From a virus: a stretch of DNA of 64,000 bases. The stretch is taken from the IMG/VR virus record IMGVR_UViG_3300045988_074841, one strand, 5' to 3'. Below the pieces are notes generated by a model, which made no database searches, was not told the DNA's origin, and saw nothing but the letters and a program-made list of their open reading frames with translations. The position numbers were made by a program, and so were the translations under genes. This document shows, one piece after another, positions 48,841 through 58,628 of the stretch (position 1 is its first letter; every line of letters begins with the position of its first letter).

Positions 48841-49391
48841 CATCCAATCTTTATCTTGATGACCGGGGTGACTAAGTAATACCCTCTCCCTTACAATCAT
48901 AAATATAATTTTCTATACTATTACCTTATTCTTTATCATTATCTCTAACATATTCTTTATCATTATTTTCTTTATTATTATTATTATTATTAGTAATATT
49001 ATTATCATTAATAATATAATCATTTATTTTACTTTAATTACTTTATACTTTTACTTTATCTTTACTACCCTTACTTGTTTCATAGTTTTCTTTATTACTA
49101 CTACTTGTTTCACTTTTATCATTATCATCACCATTACTTTTAATTAATCATCACATTGATTTTACTATTACTTTACTTACTAATCGTGCTGATAATTATC
49201 AAATTTAGTTAATTCCGTTTAACTAATTATAATTTATTACTAATACTATTATTACTTTTATTATTATTATCTATATTTGCAGCAGTATTTCTAGCACCTA
49301 CAGTATTACTATTTACTAAGTTAAGTTCTGTAGGCTGAAATAACTTAATAGTACGGACACTATTCAAAGTATTAATTTAAAATATAAAGTT

Positions 49392-49928
49392 ATGGTTGAT
49401 TTAAAAGTTAATTATCTTGGTCTTAATCAGACCTTTCGTATGCCTACTAGTATGAGTGAAATTAACATGAATGTAATTTCTGATTATGTTAAGCATGTTA
49501 ATGTTAGTAAGGATTATGCTCTTATTGCAGTTGTATTTAAAGAGCGTCCTATTACTATTGTAAGTGTTAGTAAGCAGAATAAGAACGCAAGTGTAAGCGG
49601 TGTTGCTGTTATGATTAAGAGTAATACTGATGATGAGTTTATTAAAGACATTAAACTTGGTGAAACTATAGTTATTTCTCCTAGTGATATTGCTATGGGA
49701 CATCATGTTAATTCTCCTGCTAATCCTCTTACTCCTGGTTTCTTACTTAATCTTCTTCAAACTAATGCTGATTTAAATAAGAAACTTATGGGTATTGGAG
49801 TTCCTACTTATTTCGTAGATTTTAAGATTGTTCCAGTTTGTAATATTCATGGTTCTGTAGGAAAGTATATTCCTGTTAGTCAATATTATATTGCTCCTGA
49901 TGCTGGAGAAACTGATATGGGTAAGTAA
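49392..49928 (+). CDS. hypothetical protein (178 aa), first gene of the rightward late block
   Basis: ORF. Confidence 0.45.
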   Translation: MVDLKVNYLGLNQTFRMPTSMSEINMNVISDYVKHVNVSKDYALIAVVFKERPITIVSVSKQNKNASVSGVAVMIKSNTDDEFIKDIKLGETIVISPSDIAMGHHVNSPANPLTPGFLLNLLQTNADLNKKLMGIGVPTYFVDFKIVPVCNIHGSVGKYIPVSQYYIAPDAGETDMGK

Positions 49929-49940
49929 TTCTACATTGAA

Positions 49941-49959
49941 CATCTTCTACGGGGAGGCT
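49941..49959 (+). repeat. GC-rich motif copy CATCTTCTACGGGGAGGCT, intergenic, 13 nt after stop of + gene 49392..49928
   Basis: direct reading of sequence. Confidence 0.8.
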
Positions 49960-50022
49960 TAAAAAGCTAAGGGAGTTTATGCTCCCAAAGCTTCATATTA
50001 TAGTGTTAATAATATTACTAAT

Positions 50023-50535
50023 ATGAAATATAAAATAAACGATGAAGGTTTAGAAGAAGGTAAATTTCCTAGTTCTACTGGTAAACAAGTTCTTATTGAA
50101 AATAAAGCATCTATACTTAAAACTATAGATGATAATATTATAGATAAGGATGTTGCCATGATGATTCTAGTTCAACTTGAAAAAGATGCTCAACGTCATT
50201 TAGAAGCTGATGAAGTTACTGCTATTCCTTATCTTGGTAAGATTAAAAGAAAAGCTGGTTCAAAAGCTTATGCTGAAAACAAAGAAACTCTAGATGCAGC
50301 TAAAGAAGTTATGAGTCCTGAAAACTTTGAAAATTTTAAGGCTGCAATGATGAGAGAAGCTGTTATTAGAGACAATAAAGCAAAAGTATATAATTATCAA
50401 GTTGCACGTATGGCTAATAAGAATGGTAAAACTTATTGGAAATGTGTTGAACTTCGTGGCAAATATTATGCTAATATTAGGTTTTATTGTTTAGGTTGTT
50501 TAAATTATTCTGAACCATGCAACGAGATAGATTAA
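50023..50535 (+). CDS. hypothetical protein (170 aa)
   Basis: ORF. Confidence 0.45.
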   Translation: MKYKINDEGLEEGKFPSSTGKQVLIENKASILKTIDDNIIDKDVAMMILVQLEKDAQRHLEADEVTAIPYLGKIKRKAGSKAYAENKETLDAAKEVMSPENFENFKAAMMREAVIRDNKAKVYNYQVARMANKNGKTYWKCVELRGKYYANIRFYCLGCLNYSEPCNEID

Positions 50536-51137
50536 TAATAGATAATCTTTTACTTATTGATGAAAATGGTATGCCTGAAGCTCCAACTATTCGTCAATTA
50601 ATAGATAAAGACGTTAGAGAGCTTTATACTAGAGATAAGTCTAAAGATAAGTCTGGTTATGTAAAAGACTGTATAGTTATTTATTATCTTGGAGACCCTA
50701 AGTCTCCTGCAAAACAAAGTGGTTTAAGTGATGCTGAAGCTCTTAAAATGGCTATAGAACAAGCTGGTCTTCCAGCTAACTATATACCTAGTGCTCTTGT
50801 TTTGAAGATAATTAAAAGATATTATGCTCAAAATATAGGAGAAGCTGGTAGAGTTGTTGAGAATCTTCTTAAAACTCTACATAATGTAAATATTGCAGTT
50901 GATTCTATTAATGCTTTGCTTAATGAAAAGCTTAGAGATAGAGCTAATTTAACTATAGAGAATGTAAGTACTCTTTTAGATTTAGTAGATAAAGTTACTG
51001 CTAAAGCATCTGAGATTCCTAAGACTTTAAAATCTTTGAATGAAGCTAAGGAAAATCTTATGTATGAAAAAGAGTCTGAAAAAGCTAGAGGTGGTGGTGC
51101 TATTACTAGTAGTATGAATGCTGCTGATTATGTTTAA
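50517..51137 (+). CDS. hypothetical protein (206 aa)
   Basis: ORF. Confidence 0.45.
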   Translation: MQRDRLIIDNLLLIDENGMPEAPTIRQLIDKDVRELYTRDKSKDKSGYVKDCIVIYYLGDPKSPAKQSGLSDAEALKMAIEQAGLPANYIPSALVLKIIKRYYAQNIGEAGRVVENLLKTLHNVNIAVDSINALLNEKLRDRANLTIENVSTLLDLVDKVTAKASEIPKTLKSLNEAKENLMYEKESEKARGGGAITSSMNAADYV

Positions 51138-51155
51138 CATTATATTGTTTAAGTT

Positions 51156-52145
51156 ATGAATAGTATTTATGAAAATAACTTTCTTTATTTTGATGAAGGT
51201 CCACATAAATATACCGATTCTTTAGGTAATGAATATCTTAGTGTAACTACTAATATAGAGAATTACTGTCCTAAGTTTGATAAGAAGTATTGGCTTAGAA
51301 AGAAAGCTAAAGAACGTGGTATTAGTGAACGTAAACTTGAAGCTGAATGGGAAAGAATAACTAAAGAAGCTTGTGAACGTGGTACAGCTACACATAATGG
51401 ACTTGAAGATGGTATCAAAGGAAGTAGTATGTTTAAAGATGCTATTCAATATCTTAATCAAGTTAAAAGTGGTAGATGTATAACTGTAGCTGATATTCCT
51501 AATCTTACAGCTCATCCTCTAGATATAGAACAATTTAAAGAAGCTACTAATAATAAGTATCCTGAAATATATCAAGTATTTCAATATTATATAGATAAAG
51601 GATATACTATTTATTCTGAAATTGGAGTATTTGTTCCAGAGTTACTTCTTAGTGGTACTATAGATGTTCTTTGTGTTAGACCTGATAGATTTGTTATTCT
51701 TGATTGGAAAACTAATAAAGATGGTCTTCATTTTACTAGTGGTTTTTATCGTAAAGATAAAACTACTAAACCTGTTCAACTTACTAGTGAATGGTGTAAT
51801 ACTCACGAATTTATGTTACCTCCTTTTGCTCATCTAGAAAATTGTAATGGTAATCATTATACTATGCAATTATCTACTTATGCTAGAATGACTGAAATGA
51901 TATTAGGTATTCCTTGTGTTGGTCTAGGTCTTTGTCATATTCAAACTCCTTTTGAAAAGAATAAATATGGTATGCCTTATCGTGATGTTCATGGTATGTA
52001 TAAGATTGATAAAGAAGGTAAGGAAGTTGTTACTTGGTTTAAGATTAATTATATTCGTAATGAAATAGATGCTATGTTTCAAGATAGAAGAATTAAACTT
52101 AATAAACAAGGTTTACTAACTCCACAAACTGAAATACAATGGTAA
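51156..52145 (+). CDS. PD-(D/E)xK nuclease, Cas4/RecB-like, with four Cys (possible Fe-S cluster)
   Basis: Catalytic signature GTIDVL ... ILDWKTNKDG (D ... D-x-K-T as in RecB/Cas4 nucleases). Cysteines at YCPKF (N-terminal) and WC..., NC..., PC...C (C-terminal) match the Cas4 Cys arrangement. Confidence 0.5.
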   Translation: MNSIYENNFLYFDEGPHKYTDSLGNEYLSVTTNIENYCPKFDKKYWLRKKAKERGISERKLEAEWERITKEACERGTATHNGLEDGIKGSSMFKDAIQYLNQVKSGRCITVADIPNLTAHPLDIEQFKEATNNKYPEIYQVFQYYIDKGYTIYSEIGVFVPELLLSGTIDVLCVRPDRFVILDWKTNKDGLHFTSGFYRKDKTTKPVQLTSEWCNTHEFMLPPFAHLENCNGNHYTMQLSTYARMTEMILGIPCVGLGLCHIQTPFEKNKYGMPYRDVHGMYKIDKEGKEVVTWFKINYIRNEIDAMFQDRRIKLNKQGLLTPQTEIQW

Positions 52146-52275
52146 TATGACAAGACGAAGACGAATTAATACTAGAGTTCTTCATGTTGAAGAAGTTAGT
52201 AATATTAAGTATGTTTGTAAAGGTGTTCCAGAAGATGGAACATTTTATGTATTTGGTGTATTAAAACAATAAGAT

Positions 52276-52884
52276 ATGAATGAAAAATTATTTAATAAAG
52301 CAAGTAAAGCTGATTTCAGCAAAATACTCATCAATAAAGGATATGCCTATTTTAATAAAGGTAAGTATAATCTTAACATTATTGGTATTAGAAATGCTGG
52401 CAATAATGTTACTAATAAATTTGATGATGTTATTGTAGTAGAATATATTGATATGTATGGTATTAAATCTAGAAATATATTTGCTGCTACTACTGAGCCT
52501 GGTATTACTAGTATGACTAAACCTGTAAGTTATAAAGGTTGTGCTATACTTGTTCCTGGTCAATATCGTTCTGCTTTGAAACTTGGTTATCATAAAGGTA
52601 AGTATGAAGCTATTGTTCAATATAAACCTGTAAAAGTTTATAGAGATAATAATAAAGATGCTGTTTACGATTTTAATCCAAAGACTATAGAAGAAGGTAC
52701 ATTTGGTATCAATATTCATAAAGCTGGAACACATTCTACTCAAGTTGATAATTGGTCTGCTGGTTGTCAAGTTCTTGCTAATAAAGAAGATTTTGATACT
52801 CTTATGAAACTTGCTCATAGACAAATTAGTCAAGGATATGGTAAACTATTTACTTATACTTTACTTAATGAGGAGGATTTATAA
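52276..52884 (+). CDS. L,D-transpeptidase-fold (YkuD-like) cell-wall hydrolase, candidate endolysin
   Basis: Active-site pattern INIHKAGTHSTQVDNWSAGCQVL matches YkuD IHGT...S-x-GC(I/V). It lies immediately upstream of the spanin-like pair. Confidence 0.45.
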   Translation: MNEKLFNKASKADFSKILINKGYAYFNKGKYNLNIIGIRNAGNNVTNKFDDVIVVEYIDMYGIKSRNIFAATTEPGITSMTKPVSYKGCAILVPGQYRSALKLGYHKGKYEAIVQYKPVKVYRDNNKDAVYDFNPKTIEEGTFGINIHKAGTHSTQVDNWSAGCQVLANKEDFDTLMKLAHRQISQGYGKLFTYTLLNEEDL

Positions 52885-53144
52885 TGAGTAATTTAATTAA
52901 AGAAATTATTAAAGGTGCAGCAATGTTTTTTGTTTTTGGCATTAGTGCTATTGTAATTATTAGTCTTATAGATAATAAAAAGACTTATACTATTGTTGAA
53001 CAAAATGTTGAAATACAGAAGCATAATGATAGTTTAAGAATTGAAGTTGATAATTTAGATAGTATTAAAAATGCAAAAGTTATTGAAGTTAAAACTCTTG
53101 ATAATGATAGTACTATTAAGTTGTTCTATAAACTCATCAAGTAA
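52884..53144 (+). CDS. i-spanin-like or holin-like protein (single N-terminal TM helix followed by a helical periplasmic segment)
   Basis: TM at residues 12-28 (AAMFFVFGISAIVIISL). Its start shares ATGA with the upstream stop. Confidence 0.4.
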   Translation: MSNLIKEIIKGAAMFFVFGISAIVIISLIDNKKTYTIVEQNVEIQKHNDSLRIEVDNLDSIKNAKVIEVKTLDNDSTIKLFYKLIK

Positions 53145-53427
53145 ATCATTAACATCTTCTACGGGGAGGATAGAACAAGATAGTGTAACTATAGCGATTA
53201 GTGATATTCGTAAAGCTAATGCTAAACTAATAGAATTAAATTATGAAAAGGATATTAATAAGAATCTTCGACAAATTATTAGAAATGATAGTATTCTTGC
53301 AGAACAAGCTAGACAAAGATATATACTATTGGATAGGTCATGTAAGAAAGTAACAAAACAACGTAATGTTGCTTGTTGTAGTGCTGCTGGTGCTATTATA
53401 TTACTAATTTTAAGTTTAATAAAATGA
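53071..53427 (+). CDS. o-spanin-like outer-membrane lipoprotein (signal peptide with lipobox LLSC)
   Basis: MQKLLKLKLLIMIVLLSC has a basic n-region, a hydrophobic core and L-L-S-C. The gene starts inside the 3-prime end of the preceding gene in another frame (overlapped spanin architecture). Confidence 0.45.
   Translation: MQKLLKLKLLIMIVLLSCSINSSSKSLTSSTGRIEQDSVTIAISDIRKANAKLIELNYEKDINKNLRQIIRNDSILAEQARQRYILLDRSCKKVTKQRNVACCSAAGAIILLILSLIK
53153..53169 (+). repeat. GC-rich motif copy CATCTTCTACGGGGAGG, 9 nt after stop of 52884..53144 and in-frame in the o-spanin-like gene (TSSTGRIEQ)
   Basis: direct reading of sequence. Confidence 0.8.
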
Positions 53428-55730
53428 GTGATAATCATACTGTAGAAAAGTATATTGAAAGCTACCCTTTTCTTCAATATTTAAACGATAATCATGGACA
53501 ATATAAACATGCTAGAGAAGCAGGTTATAAAGACCCTAATGATTTGTTTATGATTGGAGAAAGTGGTGGCTTTCTTCTTGATATACGTAAAGGAGATAAG
53601 TTTGTTAATACTAATCTTCTTACTGAAATGGCTTCTCTATATCATATAAATGGTGAGAAATATACTTTATATAAAGAAGATAGTATTCCTCATCGTCAAT
53701 TACGTAAAAGAGAAGAGTATAGACGTAAACATGGATTTGATGCTCCATGTTTTATGCGTAATGGTGAAGTTCATAATCTCCATATTAGTGGAGATATGTA
53801 TAATTATTTGAATTATACTATTATTGAACAGCTTGATGAAAAGACTATTATTCATACTGATAAAGGTTCTGTTGCTAAGAAGAAACAAGACTTTCCTAAG
53901 TTTATAGATGCTCAGTTTTGGACATTTGCTATTATAGAGTTTTGTGAACTTAATGGTTTTCATCTTCTTATTGATAAAACTCGTCGTGGTGGTTTCTCTT
54001 ATATTATGGCTAGTCATAGTGCTAATAAGATAAATCTTCAACCTAATAAAGTTTGTATTCATGTTGCTGCTGATAGTAAGTATCTTACTAAGCGTGGTGG
54101 TCTTACTGATTTTACTATTCGTAATCTTTATTTTTATGAGAATAAGACTTTCTTTAAACGTGGTATTCTTTCTCGTGCTGCTGAAAACTTTACTCTAGGC
54201 TTTAAACTTCCTAATGGTGATATTAGTCCAAATAGTTGGAATAGTGCTCTGTTTAGTGCTTCTGCTAATAACAATCCTGATTGTGCTATTGGTAAGGATG
54301 CTGTTAGTGTTAAGACTGAGGAGGTTTCTACTATGGAAAACTTCGATGAGTACATGAATGTTACTGAACCTGCTATGCGTACTGGTAGTTATGTTACAGG
54401 TAACTTATTTGCTTGGGGTACTGCTACTAGTGGTAACATGCAAACATTTGAACGTAACTTCTATAATCCATCTGCTTTTCATTTTATAGCTTTTGAGAAT
54501 GTTTGGGATAAAGATTCTCGTAATGAAGTTTGTGGTTATTTTAAACCTTATTGTTGGGGTCTTCAAGGTCAGATTGGTGATAGATATGCTATGGATGCTG
54601 ATGGTAATTCTGACATTGAAATGGGTCTTAGAATTGCTTATAAAGAACGTACTGATAAGAAAGTTCATAGTAAGACTTTTAGTGACTATATTAATTATCT
54701 AGGTCAGTATGCTAATATGCCTAGTGAATCATTTAGTTCTACTAGTGAAAATTTATTTAGTTCTGAAGCTTTAATGAATTGGGAAGAAGTACTTAAAAAT
54801 GACCCAGCTTATACTAATATATCTGATGATGGTATGTTCTTTGAAGATGCTGACGGTAAAGTAATATTTAAAACTAATGCTCGTATTAAAGCAGAAGGAG
54901 GTAAGTTTAATAAAGATTTCTTTGATTGGATTCAAGGTGTACCTCGTAAACAACATGAACATCCACATGGTTGTGTTCGTAAATGGTTTGAACCTATTAG
55001 AGTTAACCATGTTAACGAAAATGGTAAATATGAAGTTGGTATTCCAAAAGGTCAATATTCTATAAGTTATGACCCTGTAGGTGTGAATAAAGAAACTAGT
55101 GGTATCACTAATAAACATTCTCATAATAGTATTAAAGTTTGGGAGAACCCTACACAATATAATGGCTTTAAAGGTAAAGTAGTATGTGCATATTATGGTC
55201 GTCCTGAGAAACTTGAAGAAGCTGATAGAATATGTTACTTTATGGCTGTTTATTATAATTGTATTGGTACTACTGGTGTTGAGGTTAACCGTGGTGAAAC
55301 TGTTAGTAATTTCACTAAATGGAAAGCTTTAAAGTACTTAATGAAAGACCCAGTAGAACTTTGGGATAGTTCTATTAAAGCTAAAGTTACTGCATCTTAT
55401 GGTGTAAATATGGGTGGTGGTAGTGGTCAAGGTACTACTAAAGTTCTTGAAGGACTTCGATTACTTAAAGAAATGTTATATAGTGAAGTTGGTAAAAAAC
55501 TTGATGGTACACCTCTTTATTTCTTTCAGACTATTTATGATTATCAAACTGTACTTGAACTTCTTAAATGGAATGATAAAGGTAACTTTGATAGAGTATC
55601 TGAAATGTTGATACATGCACTCCAATGGAAACTTGATGATGTAGAAGCTGCTAAAGAACTTGCTCATCGTAAGAAAGCTACTATTGAAAATTATAATGAT
55701 AATATTTGGGAACGTCCATGGTTTACATAA
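53424..55730 (+). CDS. putative terminase large subunit
   Basis: 768-aa ORF directly upstream of the portal-like gene. The C-terminal region SISYDPVGV...D has the RNaseH-like Asp pattern of TerL nucleases. No canonical Walker A was found, so the call is tentative. Confidence 0.4.
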   Translation: MSDNHTVEKYIESYPFLQYLNDNHGQYKHAREAGYKDPNDLFMIGESGGFLLDIRKGDKFVNTNLLTEMASLYHINGEKYTLYKEDSIPHRQLRKREEYRRKHGFDAPCFMRNGEVHNLHISGDMYNYLNYTIIEQLDEKTIIHTDKGSVAKKKQDFPKFIDAQFWTFAIIEFCELNGFHLLIDKTRRGGFSYIMASHSANKINLQPNKVCIHVAADSKYLTKRGGLTDFTIRNLYFYENKTFFKRGILSRAAENFTLGFKLPNGDISPNSWNSALFSASANNNPDCAIGKDAVSVKTEEVSTMENFDEYMNVTEPAMRTGSYVTGNLFAWGTATSGNMQTFERNFYNPSAFHFIAFENVWDKDSRNEVCGYFKPYCWGLQGQIGDRYAMDADGNSDIEMGLRIAYKERTDKKVHSKTFSDYINYLGQYANMPSESFSSTSENLFSSEALMNWEEVLKNDPAYTNISDDGMFFEDADGKVIFKTNARIKAEGGKFNKDFFDWIQGVPRKQHEHPHGCVRKWFEPIRVNHVNENGKYEVGIPKGQYSISYDPVGVNKETSGITNKHSHNSIKVWENPTQYNGFKGKVVCAYYGRPEKLEEADRICYFMAVYYNCIGTTGVEVNRGETVSNFTKWKALKYLMKDPVELWDSSIKAKVTASYGVNMGGGSGQGTTKVLEGLRLLKEMLYSEVGKKLDGTPLYFFQTIYDYQTVLELLKWNDKGNFDRVSEMLIHALQWKLDDVEAAKELAHRKKATIENYNDNIWERPWFT

Positions 55731-55757
55731 TAATTAGTTAACTAAATAAATATACGT

Positions 55758-58187
55758 ATGTTTAATAACAATTTAACTTATCAATTTCCTAAACAAAAGG
55801 TTAGTGCTGAAGAAAAAGCAAAGCCTTATTGGTATACTAATAGTATTGATTATATTATTGGTTTAGGAATTAGTATGAATGACCGTAGTGATACTGAAAC
55901 TAAAATTCGTATTCTACATGGTGAATTACCTCAAGAGTTTTATAGAAAAACTCTTAATCCTTATAATGCTAGTAAGGAACGTTTTAAGAACTTTCCTGCT
56001 ACTCTACGTAACTATGATATTATGTCTGATATTATACGTAGATATATAGGAGAATATTTTAAAAATCCTCATGATTTTGTTGTAGGAGCTAATAATCCTG
56101 ATATAGTATTTAATAGAAATGCTGCTCTTAAACAAAAAGTTATGGAAGCTGCTCAACAAGCTTTTCAAAAAGAGTTTCAAAAACGTTATCAGGCTGCTGT
56201 TCAACAAGCTGAAGGTCAAGGTCAATCTGTAGAAGCTATAAATCCTCAAGATGTTATGCCTGACCCAGAGGAGTTTATGCACAACTTTAACCAGGAGTAT
56301 ATAGATAAAGAAAGTAAGCAAGGTCAAGATATTCTTAATTATATTAGAGATATTACTAATGACCTTAATATTTATCTTACTGCATTCTTTAATTATTGTG
56401 CTTTTGGTGAATGTTATACATATACTGAACTTAGAGGAGATAAGATTATTAAAGAATGTGTTCCTTTGATGGAAGCTTATCCTATTCCTAATAGTGAATA
56501 TATGATTGAAGACCATGATATGTTTGCTAGAAAGATGAAGATGAGTTATAATCAAATTCTTGATGCTTTTGATGATTATCTTGATGATAATGATAGAGCA
56601 TTTCTTGATAAGTATTATAATGATGCAGCTTATGCTACAAAGACTGTTCCTTTGAGATATGACCAATACTTTGAACATTATGCTAATGTTTGTGATAAGT
56701 TTACTGATGAAGAACGTAGACTGTTTAGAACTAAAGATGAACATCCTAGTGCTCGTAATGGTAATCTTTATGAAGTTTGGCATGTAGTTTGGAAAGGTTT
56801 TGCTCGTCAAGGTATTCTTACTTTTGTAAATCAACTTGGTTTTCAGGAGCAAAGAGTTGTAGAAGAAGATTATGAATTGAATAAAGAAGCTGGTGATATT
56901 AGTATTGAATGGGAATATAAACCTCAAGTTTATGAAGGTTATAGAATAGGAACTAGATTTACTGGTATCTATCCTGTTAAAGCTAGACCTATACTTTATG
57001 AACGTAAAGGTAAACTTCCTTATAATGGTATTATGGAAGTACTTCCTTATTTTGGTAAGTTTAGTATTATTGAAACTATTACTCCTTTCCAAGTATTTCG
57101 TAATATAGTTTCTTATCATCAAGAAATGGTAATAGCAAAGAATAAAATGCTTATTATGCTTTTGCCTAAATCTCTTGTAGCTAATGACACAGAAGATGCT
57201 ATATATAGAATGGCTGCCGATGGTGTACTTCCTATTGATGATGAAGAAGATGCAGCAGGAGTTAAGATGCAAAACATTAGATTACTTAATGTAAATATGG
57301 GACAATATATTACAGAACTTAGTAATCTAAAAGAAGCTATTAAACTTGAAGCTCGTGAACTTGTTGATATGAATGCTCAACGTTATGGACAAATTGCTCA
57401 ATCTGCTGGAGCTTCTACTACTCAAACTGCTGTTGCACAATCAAGTACTGGTTCTGTTATAATATTCCAAATGTTTGACCAAATGAGATGTGCTGATTAT
57501 AATAGAGATTTAGACTTTGCTAAATGTGCTTATATTGAAGGTCTAGAAACATCTTATATTGATAAGACAACAGGTAAGAAACATTATCTTAGTCTTGATA
57601 TAAATTCATTTGTTGGTTCTGAACTTAGTACTACTGTTAGAAACAATGCTAAGGAAATGGATAAGATTCAGCAATTAAAACAATGGGCATTTAGTGCTGC
57701 ACAGAATGGAGATTTGGATTCTGCTCTTGCTGCTATTACTGGAGATAATGTTGCTGCTATCAGTGATGCTGTTAAAAAATTTAGTCAGATAAAGCAACAA
57801 CATGAAGAACAAATGAAACAAATAGACCAAGCTATTCAAGAACAAGCTAATCAACTTGAGTTACAAAAGATTGCTGCTAAAGGTGAACAAGATAGAGAAA
57901 CACTTGCTCTTAAAGCGCAATACGATTTACAGCTTGAATATGCTAAAGGTGATATAGCTTTACTTGGTGATACAAATCCTCAAAATGATGAATATGCTAA
58001 GACTCAATTAGCTCGTATTCAAGAAGAAAGTAAGAGAGCTAGCGAAGCTGCTAAACTTCAACTTGAAAGACAAAAGCTTGCTATGGATGCTTATAATAAA
58101 GCTGCTGACCGTCAAGTAAAGAGAGAAGAAATGGCTAACCAATTAAAGATAGCAAAGACAAATAAGAATAAGTACGATAATAAATAA
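55758..58187 (+). CDS. putative portal protein
   Basis: 809-aa ORF between the TerL candidate and the capsid genes. Size and a Gln/Ala-rich coiled C-terminus fit crAss-like portals. Confidence 0.45.
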   Translation: MFNNNLTYQFPKQKVSAEEKAKPYWYTNSIDYIIGLGISMNDRSDTETKIRILHGELPQEFYRKTLNPYNASKERFKNFPATLRNYDIMSDIIRRYIGEYFKNPHDFVVGANNPDIVFNRNAALKQKVMEAAQQAFQKEFQKRYQAAVQQAEGQGQSVEAINPQDVMPDPEEFMHNFNQEYIDKESKQGQDILNYIRDITNDLNIYLTAFFNYCAFGECYTYTELRGDKIIKECVPLMEAYPIPNSEYMIEDHDMFARKMKMSYNQILDAFDDYLDDNDRAFLDKYYNDAAYATKTVPLRYDQYFEHYANVCDKFTDEERRLFRTKDEHPSARNGNLYEVWHVVWKGFARQGILTFVNQLGFQEQRVVEEDYELNKEAGDISIEWEYKPQVYEGYRIGTRFTGIYPVKARPILYERKGKLPYNGIMEVLPYFGKFSIIETITPFQVFRNIVSYHQEMVIAKNKMLIMLLPKSLVANDTEDAIYRMAADGVLPIDDEEDAAGVKMQNIRLLNVNMGQYITELSNLKEAIKLEARELVDMNAQRYGQIAQSAGASTTQTAVAQSSTGSVIIFQMFDQMRCADYNRDLDFAKCAYIEGLETSYIDKTTGKKHYLSLDINSFVGSELSTTVRNNAKEMDKIQQLKQWAFSAAQNGDLDSALAAITGDNVAAISDAVKKFSQIKQQHEEQMKQIDQAIQEQANQLELQKIAAKGEQDRETLALKAQYDLQLEYAKGDIALLGDTNPQNDEYAKTQLARIQEESKRASEAAKLQLERQKLAMDAYNKAADRQVKREEMANQLKIAKTNKNKYDNK

Positions 58188-58219
58188 ATTGTTTTTGTTT
58201 GTTGGTTTTGTTATGTGTA

Positions 58220-58256
58220 GGAGTAGTGCTCGTGAGAGTATTGCTCCTTTTATTTT
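58220..58256 (+). terminator. Rho-independent terminator after the portal gene
   Basis: GGAGTAGTGCTC-GTGA-GAGTATTGCTCC stem (12 bp including G-U pairs, GUGA tetraloop) followed by TTTTATTTT. Confidence 0.55.
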
Positions 58257-58628
58257 ACGTGATAAAATTTTATTTAATATTTTAAATTCAATTCTGAGAC
58301 GTTATCTATAAATAGCTGATTAACTTATAAGCCACTTAGATTGGATTGATTGTACATTAAGGAAATTGCATGTACTTGAATGTTTGTAACAAACAAAGCC
58401 ACTCGAAAACACACGCAAACAATAGTTTAGAGTGCTGGAGTTGCATAAGAAACTCATGCTCAAACTGATGACATTAATAACCTTTATTCTACTAATAATC
58501 AGTTTGCTGAAACTTCTAATAATGATAGTTAAATAACTTATGCTTTTCTTCATACTATAAATAAAGGTATTACTTTTGCAGCAACTAACAAGTGTTAGTG
58601 TATTATTAATCATTTAAATTATAAAGCT

